This document shows positions 42,993-50,137 of a stretch of DNA of 64,000 nucleotides, in pieces. This stretch comes from Microcoleaceae cyanobacterium. GTDB lineage: Bacteria; Cyanobacteriota; Cyanobacteriia; Cyanobacteriales; Microcoleaceae. The stretch is taken from NCBI GenBank assembly GCA_051652765.1, contig JBOFUV010000034.1:64001-128000 (forward strand), in the 5' to 3' direction. A model generated the notes under the pieces. The model searched no databases. It was not told the origin of the DNA and was given only the letters and a program-made list of their open reading frames with translations. Made by a program: the position numbers and the translations under genes. Position 1 is the stretch's first letter, and the number at the start of each line of letters is the position of its first letter.

Positions 42993-43744
42993 GGATGATG
43001 GTTTTGCAGGTGGGCCTGAATAGCGGCTTCCTCAGTTGTTGAGAGGGGCTGAACTACAAATTCAGCCTGAAAACAACGACTTGCAGCGGTTGTGAGGACA
43101 TTAACCAAGTGCTGCATAAAGTCGGGTTGGGCAATTAGATCCGCAACTGATGGCGGTGGACTAGCTAATTCCTCACCAAAAACCTGTGAATATAGCCCAG
43201 GATCAGGAAATAGACGGATAGAACCCTGCTGCAAAATGCTGCGATCGCGTTTTAGTTGGGCACTGCCAATCAGTTTATAACCGTTGGTTAGCACTAAGTC
43301 AGCTCCAGTTGCAAGGCTGAAGCAGTTTGCTTTTCTCGAATAGTCCCAACCTGCCGAACCGTAATCGAGAAGCACATCCAAGGATTGCCAACCCTCAATC
43401 AAAAACTGACAAATCGCTGCATAGGTTTTGAGTCGAGGGCCAGGTAATGTGGGGGCAATCACTGCATACGTTAAGTCTCCTTGATGCAACACAGCCCTGC
43501 CCCCCGTCGGTCGCCGTACCAAGTTAATCGCTTTGTCTTGCCAAGTCAGTTTCTGCCAAAAATCAGGCCATCGTTGCTGATGATAGCCCAAAGAAATTGC
43601 AGTCGGTTCCCAGGTGTAGAATCTGAGAACGGCGGGAGACTTTCCCAGTTTATGCTGCTCTAGGAGCCACTCATCGATTGCCATCTGAATGAAACCGTTG
43701 GCCTTGAGCAGAGGAATCAAGCGCCAATTGGAATCAGCAACCAT
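42980..43744 (-). CDS. lipoate-protein ligase A family protein
   Basis: QMAIDE, LRFYTW, VRRPTGGRAVLH, KLIGSAQ. Confidence 0.9.
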   Translation of the reverse strand: MVADSNWRLIPLLKANGFIQMAIDEWLLEQHKLGKSPAVLRFYTWEPTAISLGYHQQRWPDFWQKLTWQDKAINLVRRPTGGRAVLHQGDLTYAVIAPTLPGPRLKTYAAICQFLIEGWQSLDVLLDYGSAGWDYSRKANCFSLATGADLVLTNGYKLIGSAQLKRDRSILQQGSIRLFPDPGLYSQVFGEELASPPPSVADLIAQPDFMQHLVNVLTTAASRCFQAEFVVQPLSTTEEAAIQAHLQNHHPQKA

Positions 43745-43801
43745 TGAAATGTGCTCAAAAACGCTAATTCAACTCATTCAAAACTGTTTAAGTTCAGTGA
43801 C

Positions 43802-44275
43802 TTACTGACCAAATTCTGCTTGTAAGGCATCGTCGTTATCATCAGCGATCGTTGCAACGATGGTAATGATTCGGGAGATTTCACCCGGACTAATTTCAGC
43901 AAGGGTTCGAGTTGAGAGCACAACAACTTGATCGCTTGTGATTGCAAAATGGGACTCAAGGGTGCTCAGCCAGTTCATTTCCATAAGTTTCCGCATGAGC
44001 TGATCTTCATTTTTGGCTGGGAGTTGCAGCACAGAAGACCATACTGTTAAGCAGTCGTCATCGGTTGACCCTGTGAGTTGGACAAACACTTCAGCACTAC
44101 CATAGTTAAACTTCCAGAGATAACCCTCATCACTCTGACCTACCATGGCTTTCTGATCTTGAGCAAGGCCAGCAATTATCGTTTCAATCTCCTCAGGGTA
44201 AGTGATCAGGTGGCCATCCGTTAGGACTTCAGTCGTAGTTTCTTCATTAGACTGGCTAGTGGTGGTAGTCATCAC
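43802..44275 (-). CDS. YbjN-domain protein
   Basis: WKFNYGSAEVFVQLTG, LMEMNW, IADDNDD (cyanobacterial YbjN-like). Confidence 0.8.
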   Translation of the reverse strand: MMTTTTSQSNEETTTEVLTDGHLITYPEEIETIIAGLAQDQKAMVGQSDEGYLWKFNYGSAEVFVQLTGSTDDDCLTVWSSVLQLPAKNEDQLMRKLMEMNWLSTLESHFAITSDQVVVLSTRTLAEISPGEISRIITIVATIADDNDDALQAEFGQ

Positions 44276-44368
44276 AATTTACCGTAACTTAGAGTAGATT
44301 TTGGTTTGCACCAATAGTATCGCTTGTTATGGAACAATTGAACACTCTATTTCCAGGGATTTCAGCTT

Positions 44369-44452
44369 AACCTTGGCTTAAAGGTTCTACCCTCAGCCGC
44401 TCAAGTAGGAACGAGCTGCCTCGGCACGGTGACGGGCAACTCTGAGCGGTGA
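44369..44452 (-). ncRNA. candidate structured RNA or leader upstream of the YbjN gene
   Basis: Nested stems CCGCTCA/TGAGCGG and GAGTTGCC/GGCAGCTC, then an AACCTT/AAGGTT hairpin. Confidence 0.4.
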
Positions 44453-44460
44453 ATGAACTT

Positions 44461-44598
44461 TTTTGTTGAAACAAAATTAGCATTTAAAAATTAGCATTTA
44501 ATCCAGTAAACGTAAGTTTCCTCAGTTCGGTAGGGATAATGCTTGAGCCGAATCAGATCACGCACCTGATCCAACAGCTTTTTCGGGCGTTGTTCCAT
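44461..44598 (-). pseudogene. intI: integron integrase N-terminal remnant
   Basis: MEQRPKKLLDQVRDLIRLKHYPYRTEETYVYWIK is the IntI N-terminal domain. It is followed by a stop, a 14-bp tandem duplication (44473-44500) and a decayed ILFHNK segment. Confidence 0.88.
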
Positions 44599-44606
44599 TT
44601 GGGGTT

Positions 44607-44840
44607 TATACAGAAAATTGCAAGGTAATCCTCCGAATAAATCGATGCTAGGCAGAACATTGCTGTGTTTCATCGGAGAATATACGGAAAGTTTTGGGAT
44701 AATCCTCAAATTTAGGATGTATACCCAGAAAGTTTCAGTACAATTGCAGTATTAGGGTGGACTATCTGGAAAGTTTCAGGGTAATCATCCCAAAAGCGTT
44801 GGTTATGCAGAAAATTTCAATATTAATAACTAGTTTGCTG
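44607..44840 (+). mobile_element. attI: attI region with direct repeats; putative crossover G/TT at 44833
   Basis: Repeats like TATxxxGAAAxTT at 44607, 44681, ~44720, 44763 and 44804, then AATAACTA-GTTTGCTG; divergent from intI. Confidence 0.65.
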
Positions 44841-44935
44841 TCTTTAGGTTATCTGTGAGAATGGTACTTTCAGCTTTTTTGTGAGAGTACAATTTTTCAT
44901 AACTGAAGAACAATCACATATAGTTTGAGAGCAAT

Positions 44936-45415
44936 TTAAAGCATATCCTCTATAGACATCTGTCTTTCAATGCTGGGTAACGGTCTAACATCAATATAGT
45001 CTTGGGCAAACTTTTTAAGACCTGCATCTTCGCTATATATACACTTTGCGCCTCTTGCCATTGCTGTAGCAGTAATCATGAAATCAGCTTTCATTTCTGC
45101 TCTTGATATTCCACTCTCATTTTTAAGTTGCTTTTTGTTTCTCCACATCTCTGCAAAGTAAAGAGCAGCTTGTGTGTCAAAAGGTGGAACGATAAATCGG
45201 CGGTGCATTAGTTCACTAAATGCATTAAGCAACCCTGGCTCCAAAGTACACAGAAGTTCTGCAACAACCACTGCCGGAACCATAATATCGATTCCATCTC
45301 TTTCGCAAGTACCGATCAAATATTTAGCTTTATCTATGTTGTCCTCCTGCCCAGGAGTTGCTTGCTTCTTAACACCCCAAATAATTATCTGTGTATCAAA
45401 GCAAACTAGATCCAT
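44936..45415 (-). CDS. PIN-domain nuclease (putative toxin/effector), cassette 1
   Basis: CFDTQ, VVAELL, KADFMITATA and SED acidic residues; its ATG abuts the upstream stop. Confidence 0.85.
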   Translation of the reverse strand: MDLVCFDTQIIIWGVKKQATPGQEDNIDKAKYLIGTCERDGIDIMVPAVVVAELLCTLEPGLLNAFSELMHRRFIVPPFDTQAALYFAEMWRNKKQLKNESGISRAEMKADFMITATAMARGAKCIYSEDAGLKKFAQDYIDVRPLPSIERQMSIEDML

Positions 45416-46201
45416 TTACGCCTCCGACAGTCCATAGCGTATTTCAGAGACAAAAAGATCCACATTTTCTATATTGTCAAATGAATCTCCAATTAAGTTA
45501 GCTAATTCTTCAAAAGCTTCTGATGGCGAAGTTTTCTCATAATCAGAAATGTCGATTACGTGAAAGTTTTCAATTTCAAATGTTTCAGAATTCCATTCCG
45601 CAAGACCACGCAACTCTACTTTTGCGTAAAGCTTTGCACCTGCTTTCTTAGCTATTGCCTTACTTGTACTACAGTAGATGATTTGACTGTCCAAAGTCTT
45701 GAACTGAATTTTAGGTTCTGCCCCACCCACACGAGTTATTTCTCCATGTATGGTTGTCTCCCCTGACAACGGATAAATGTCAGGTATCTGGGTTTCAGGA
45801 GTAAGAACAGCTAATGATTCCAGTCTGCCATTCTGCGTAAAAAACTCAGCATTACATTGATAACGTCGTGTAAAAGCAGACAGTTTCCTCAGAGAATTGA
45901 TGGCACCACTTGGTAGTACGCCAAAATCATTCTCTGCAATTGACTTTGTTATACGACGTGTGGCAGGCAAAGTTAGCTCCAATAAATTTGGGGAAAACTC
46001 TAAACCAATACTTCCTTGTCGAATACTCTTTAAGCCGATTACTATAGTCTCTTTCTTTAACTCTGGGTGGTCACGAATCACCATAGAGGCTATCATATCT
46101 TCAACAGATTCAATGACTTCCGCAATCTCCTTAGACCGAACTTTGCCTGGTGACATACCTTCACCAGTCAGTAATATTTCTACAGTTATATCGTGAGCCA
46201 T
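45416..46201 (-). CDS. hypothetical 261-aa partner of the PIN gene (possible OB-fold-like C-terminal half)
   Basis: Clean ORF with GAAGGTGG RBS and own extended -10 (TGaTATAAT, 46249-46241); beta-rich TIHGEITRVGG...KVELRGLAEW segment. Confidence 0.8.
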   Translation of the reverse strand: MAHDITVEILLTGEGMSPGKVRSKEIAEVIESVEDMIASMVIRDHPELKKETIVIGLKSIRQGSIGLEFSPNLLELTLPATRRITKSIAENDFGVLPSGAINSLRKLSAFTRRYQCNAEFFTQNGRLESLAVLTPETQIPDIYPLSGETTIHGEITRVGGAEPKIQFKTLDSQIIYCSTSKAIAKKAGAKLYAKVELRGLAEWNSETFEIENFHVIDISDYEKTSPSEAFEELANLIGDSFDNIENVDLFVSEIRYGLSEA

Positions 46202-46328
46202 AAATGATCTCACCACCTTCAGACATAAGAAGAGTCTATAATTATATCACGCTTGAGAACGAAGATAGTCGCCATTTCGGTTTTTTTCAACTAATTCGTA
46301 CAAGTCATAGTGCTGTGAGTTCCTAGCA

Positions 46329-46414
46329 GCCCAACACTGCGTTGGTGCGGGCGGCACATAGGTTACTGGTGAGTATCAAAAGCTACCTGCCGCCGCACAA
46401 CTTCACCGTTAGTT
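46329..46414 (+). mobile_element. attC: intact integron attC site
   Basis: R'' GCCCAAC; GTTG[G]TGCGG[G]CGGCA pairs with TGCCGCCGCACAAC leaving two extrahelical bases; R' GTTAGTT; 86 bp. Confidence 0.88.
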
Positions 46415-46531
46415 TGCCAGCGCAGCAGAGAGTGTTGGCGAGGCTGAACTGCAAGGGTTATGCTACGTTGAAAGTAGTTTTGTCGGGTTCGCGCTGGCTG
46501 GGTGGTGTAGGATGTTAGAGAGGAGGGCAGT

Positions 46532-46759
46532 ATGAACATTCCTATCATTGACGAAGTAGTTGAACAGTTGAAGGTGATGCCACAGCATTTACAATGGCAG
46601 GTACTTGAATTTGTTCGGACGTTGGTAAAAGCGGAAGTGCGAGGTACGCCAGGATCGCAATTGTTGCGCTTTGCAGGTTCAATCCCTATCGACGATCTCC
46701 AGTTAATGCGTGAGGCGATCGAGCAAGACTGTGAACGGTTAGATATTAATGAGTGGTAG
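46532..46759 (+). CDS. antitoxin partner of VapC
   Basis: 75 aa, QVLEFVRTL...GSQLLRFAGSI; overlaps vapC; GGAGG RBS. Confidence 0.8.
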   Translation: MNIPIIDEVVEQLKVMPQHLQWQVLEFVRTLVKAEVRGTPGSQLLRFAGSIPIDDLQLMREAIEQDCERLDINEW

Positions 46760-47138
46760 GTATTTTCTTGATACCAATATCATCATTGCTCTCTTTGCAG
46801 ATGAAGCGATCGTCAAAAATAATCTTGCTCAAGCCAACGAAGTTTTCATTCCAAGTTTTGTGATTGGCGAGTTGTATTATGGGGCAAGAAAGTCAGGGCG
46901 AGTTCAAGCAAATTTAGCAAGAGTTGATGAGTTGGTTGCTAGCAGCATGATATTGGGGTGTGATGCTGAAACTGCACGGCAATACGGTGAAGTCAAGAAT
47001 GAGTTGAGACTCAAGGGTCGTCCGTTGCCTGAGAATGATGTTTGGATTGCGGCTCTTGTATTACAACATGACTTGATTCTGGTGACACACGATGCTCATT
47101 TTCAGGAGGTGGAGAGTTTACAAACGGTAACATGGTAA
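46749..47138 (+). CDS. vapC: VapC PIN-domain toxin
   Basis: FLDTNIII, GELYYGA, LPENDVWIAA, VTHDAHF. Confidence 0.92.
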   Translation: MSGRYFLDTNIIIALFADEAIVKNNLAQANEVFIPSFVIGELYYGARKSGRVQANLARVDELVASSMILGCDAETARQYGEVKNELRLKGRPLPENDVWIAALVLQHDLILVTHDAHFQEVESLQTVTW

Positions 47139-47142
47139 GTAC

Positions 47143-47169
47143 TGCCGCTGCTCACTTTAGCCGTTAGCT
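47143..47169 (+). mobile_element. right half of an attC (left arm deleted)
   Basis: TGCCGCTGCTCACTTTAGCC-GTTAGCT parallels TGCCGCCGCACAACTTCACC-GTTAGTT of the intact attC. Confidence 0.6.
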
Positions 47170-47201
47170 GGCTTCGTTTTTGGCTTAGAGCGTACAGAAA
47201 G

Positions 47202-47330
47202 CTAAAACGATCGCAAAATAGCTGCGATCACTTGCTTCAGGCTCGGTAATTCCTGCTCGATAGCTAACCAAACAATATCGAGGTCAATCTCAAAGTAGTT
47301 GTGAGCCAAAATATTTCGCACGTCTCTCAT
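47202..47330 (-). pseudogene. HepT/DUF86 toxin with large in-frame internal deletion
   Basis: MRD start (ATGA overlap with the MNT stop) fused directly to VRNILAHNYFEIDLDIVW (RX4HXY motif); only 42 aa. Confidence 0.82.
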
Positions 47331-47617
47331 AGGGGTATCGCTTCGCTCAAGACGTGATCGCGGATTCTGGGTCGCAGCCCTTTTTCTGTGACGACATCCA
47401 CCGGGCAATTCAGCAGGTCTTGTAGTTCCATCAGCAAACCACCGAGGTCAAACAGGCTACGTTCTGCCTCCATTTCCACCAGAAAATCCACATCACTTTC
47501 TGAGTCGGCTTCGCCCCGTGCCACAGAGCCAAAGACGCGAACGTTGTAGGCACCATATTTTGATGCTGTTGCTAAAATCACGTCCCGTTTTTCCTGCAAC
47601 TGTGCCCCAATGTTCAT
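47327..47617 (-). CDS. minimal nucleotidyltransferase (MntA-type antitoxin)
   Basis: [20 protein letters not shown] (GSX10DXD), VDVVT. Confidence 0.9.
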   Translation of the reverse strand: MNIGAQLQEKRDVILATASKYGAYNVRVFGSVARGEADSESDVDFLVEMEAERSLFDLGGLLMELQDLLNCPVDVVTEKGLRPRIRDHVLSEAIPL

Positions 47618-47658
47618 AAGCAACTTTCCATTTTGTCTTATTATCCCATCATCCTACT

Positions 47659-47860
47659 GCGATCGCCCTATCCTTTGACCCAACTGGGTTTGAGAGCGTG
47701 CGATCGCATTTGTCGTCTCGCAGAAAATCGCCTGTATCAAAAACATGAGTATTGCGATTGTAGGTGCGATCGCTCTCACCTACAATCGCAGTGTTTTCAC
47801 CAAAAGTACAATCGCACCTGATTAAAACCACGATCGCAGCCGTCCTAGCCATGATCGCCG
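47659..47860. repeat. HIP1-rich cluster with 14-bp inverted repeat
   Basis: GCGATCGC at 47659, 47700 and 47766 plus variants; TGCGATTGTAGGTG (47753-66) / CACCTACAATCGCA (47777-90). Confidence 0.7.
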
Positions 47861-47866
47861 TGCTTT

Positions 47867-48781
47867 CTAAGTTGACCGGCTCATCATTCGCCGCAGGACT
47901 GCCAAACTCTGCTGTGTGCTGACTGTATCTGGATGCTGGTTGAAAAGTTGCTGACGCATTGTTAACGCTTGCACCAACAATGGCTCTGCTGCAGTTAATC
48001 GCCCCTGGTTGGCATACAGCACGGCCAAATTCTTGAGGCTGGTGGCCACATCCGGATGCTGCTCGCCCAACAGCGATCGCGCCACGGTCAAACAAGTCTC
48101 TAACCAAGGCTCCGCTTCTGCATAGAGTCCCTGACTTTCATAGAAGCGACCGATTCCGGTAAACGTCCATGGCAAATCACCTTCATCGGGAAGATATAGC
48201 TCCTCCCGCGTTTGCAGTTTCAGCAAGTCAGTGGCGACTTCCTTCAGGTGCGGAATCACTGCCTCCACCGACTGAATCTGTGCCAACGTCGGTGTTTGGG
48301 GAATGTGTTGTGCGACGGCAATCATCGTTGTTGCCACTGCTGTTTTCAGCGTCTGTCGTTCCTCGCTGGCTAGCTTCGCCGCAAAAAACTCCCGCAGCAG
48401 TTGATGCAGTTGATACAGTCCTTGCCCAACTCTAGATAGCAAACTGCGCCCCAGCAGTTGCTCAACCCGGCAATCCTCTAAGTCCTCCTTGTCCCAATCT
48501 GGCAGACATTGTTCCACCAAATTCCAGGGAATCGGCGCTAGAGCAAACAAACTCAACAGCCCACAGAGCCTCTTGGCTTCATCGGGGAATTGCTCATCTT
48601 CCCAAGTTAATTGGAAAGCCGCTGCTACACCCAGTTGAGCCGCCATCTGCTTCGTTTGCACCAATGCCTGAGCCGCCAACTTTTTTGCTTCCAACCGCTC
48701 CAACATTTCCACCAAGTTCAAGTCCTCCCTCCGAGCCAGGTAGCGACCCACCAGTTCCAATCCCAAGGGCAAATAGCCCAA
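47867..48781 (-). pseudogene. 5'-truncated NB-ARC/STAND-TPR protein remnant
   Basis: Begins at LGYLPLGLELVGRYL (GxP motif), has LHQLLREF, then TPRs (GEQHPDVATSLKNLAVLY); no Walker A or N-terminus upstream. Confidence 0.78.
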
Positions 48782-49025
48782 CCATTTCCAAGAACTCTCA
48801 GACTGATTGGCAGCGACTCGACATGGCTGCAGAACACCGAGTCAGATGCAACTTTTGAGAAGTTACCTAACGCGATTTCCAGTAAATCGTCTGTACAGCA
48901 AAAGACCGCAATGATAAACTCCTAGATAAAAAATATAGTCCAACTCCATGCTCAGTATCTTGCACTCCTAGCACCGATCCAGTTGGGCCTTCTTATTTAG
49001 ACCTTAGTCATACATCGTGTTACTT

Positions 49026-49210
49026 ATGATCAACCCATCACAGAGTGCAACCTAATCCGATGCCACGCGCCAATTTCCACCAGGATTTCTATGGGGCACA
49101 GCTACCGCTGCATATTCGTCGGGATCAACGTCTATTTAGCCTCGCATTACGTGCAGGCAACTGAGGCAGATCCAGGTTATGCGTTTGTACCGTTCAATGC
49201 TTCACAACCC
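49026..49210 (+). pseudogene. GH1 beta-glucosidase relic
   Basis: MINPSQSAT*SDATRQFPPGFLWGTATAAY joined by deletion/frameshift to FVGINVYLASHYV...PGYAFVPFNAS. Confidence 0.75.
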
Positions 49211-49232
49211 AATGCTCAAGCAGATTTCTAAA

Positions 49233-49258
49233 GGCTGTTGCTCAATTCTACGTTAGGC
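49233..49258 (+). mobile_element. right half of an attC, start of the PLD cassette
   Basis: GCTGTTGCTCAATTCTAC-GTTAGGC, with a canonical GTTRRRY at 49252. Confidence 0.5.
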
Positions 49259-49469
49259 AGAATTTCTTACAGAAGTTCTGCTTTTTGTTTCTGGTTGTTA
49301 TCCCTCCAGATTGCAATGGACAATCTGCTCTGGCTCTATTTTGATAGGATTTGCTGGCTTCACAACATTGATTTTTTAGAAAATTTTTGGGGCTTTCCGA
49401 AATTAATTTGTGAGGAAGAGTAGTTTTTAATATCAAACAAAAAACACAAAAATATTAAGAGTAGAATCA

Positions 49470-50009
49470 ATGCATCAGGGAATTGTTATGGGTTTATTTG
49501 ACCATCGCCAACTCTTTCTAAAAGCCTTAAAAGAAGCAGAGTATCATGTCATTATCACTTGTCCTTGGGTTGGGCAATCTGGCTTAGATGAGGAAATGCT
49601 GCTAGAGATGAATAATGCCTTAAGTCGAGGAGTAACCATTGAAATTGGCTGGGGATGGCATCGGGACATTGGCAGAGAGATTATTACTGGCAATAAATCC
49701 TGGAGCGTTCGTCCTGCTTATAATTGGAAATATAACGGGCTCTTTAAACTTCAAGAACTACGCAGAAAGTATCCTCATACTTTTAAGCTAAAACTAATGG
49801 GAACTCATGCTAAATACTGGGTCTGTGATCATACTTTTGCAGTGGTAGGTAGTGCTAATATTCTGAATGTATCCTCTACTTCTGTGGCCCAACCTCATGA
49901 AGAAATCGGAAGCTATGTTACTGATTTTAAAAGCATTCAAACCTTGATTAATTCCTTCAAGTTTGCTGCTGACTTGGCTGCAGAGAGAAATCACTGGGAC
50001 GCTGCATAA
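49470..50009 (+). CDS. phospholipase D superfamily (Nuc-like) single-domain protein
   Basis: HAKYWVCD (HxKx4D) and GSAN; IITCPW and ALSRGV motifs. Confidence 0.82.
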   Translation: MHQGIVMGLFDHRQLFLKALKEAEYHVIITCPWVGQSGLDEEMLLEMNNALSRGVTIEIGWGWHRDIGREIITGNKSWSVRPAYNWKYNGLFKLQELRRKYPHTFKLKLMGTHAKYWVCDHTFAVVGSANILNVSSTSVAQPHEEIGSYVTDFKSIQTLINSFKFAADLAAERNHWDAA

Positions 50010-50072
50010 TCGAGTTGAGTCAACACCTTGATCATCCTGATGTCACTGACTGACTCCAATTTCTAAAAATAA

Positions 50073-50095
50073 GGGACACAACATCGTTGTGTCCC
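50073..50095. terminator. hairpin between the convergent PLD gene and tkt
   Basis: GGGACACAAC-ATC-GTTGTGTCCC perfect 10-bp stem; T-rich tail on the minus strand. Confidence 0.65.
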
Positions 50096-50137
50096 AGCCA
50101 ACTTATTACCAGCCATTTATCAAATGATCAATTGCTG

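Noticed and set aside
44369..44452. Identification of the structured RNA as SRP RNA, 6S RNA or a known riboswitch
   Set aside because: I could not find the diagnostic motifs of these families; left as an unnamed candidate.
47649..48107. 152-aa minus-strand ORF
   Set aside because: Overlaps the TPR remnant in another frame and runs through the HIP1 cluster; no protein-like motifs.
48865..48988. ACCTAAC ... GTTGGGC as another attC
   Set aside because: The core boxes fit, but I could not find complementary L''/L' arms; needs a covariance-model test.
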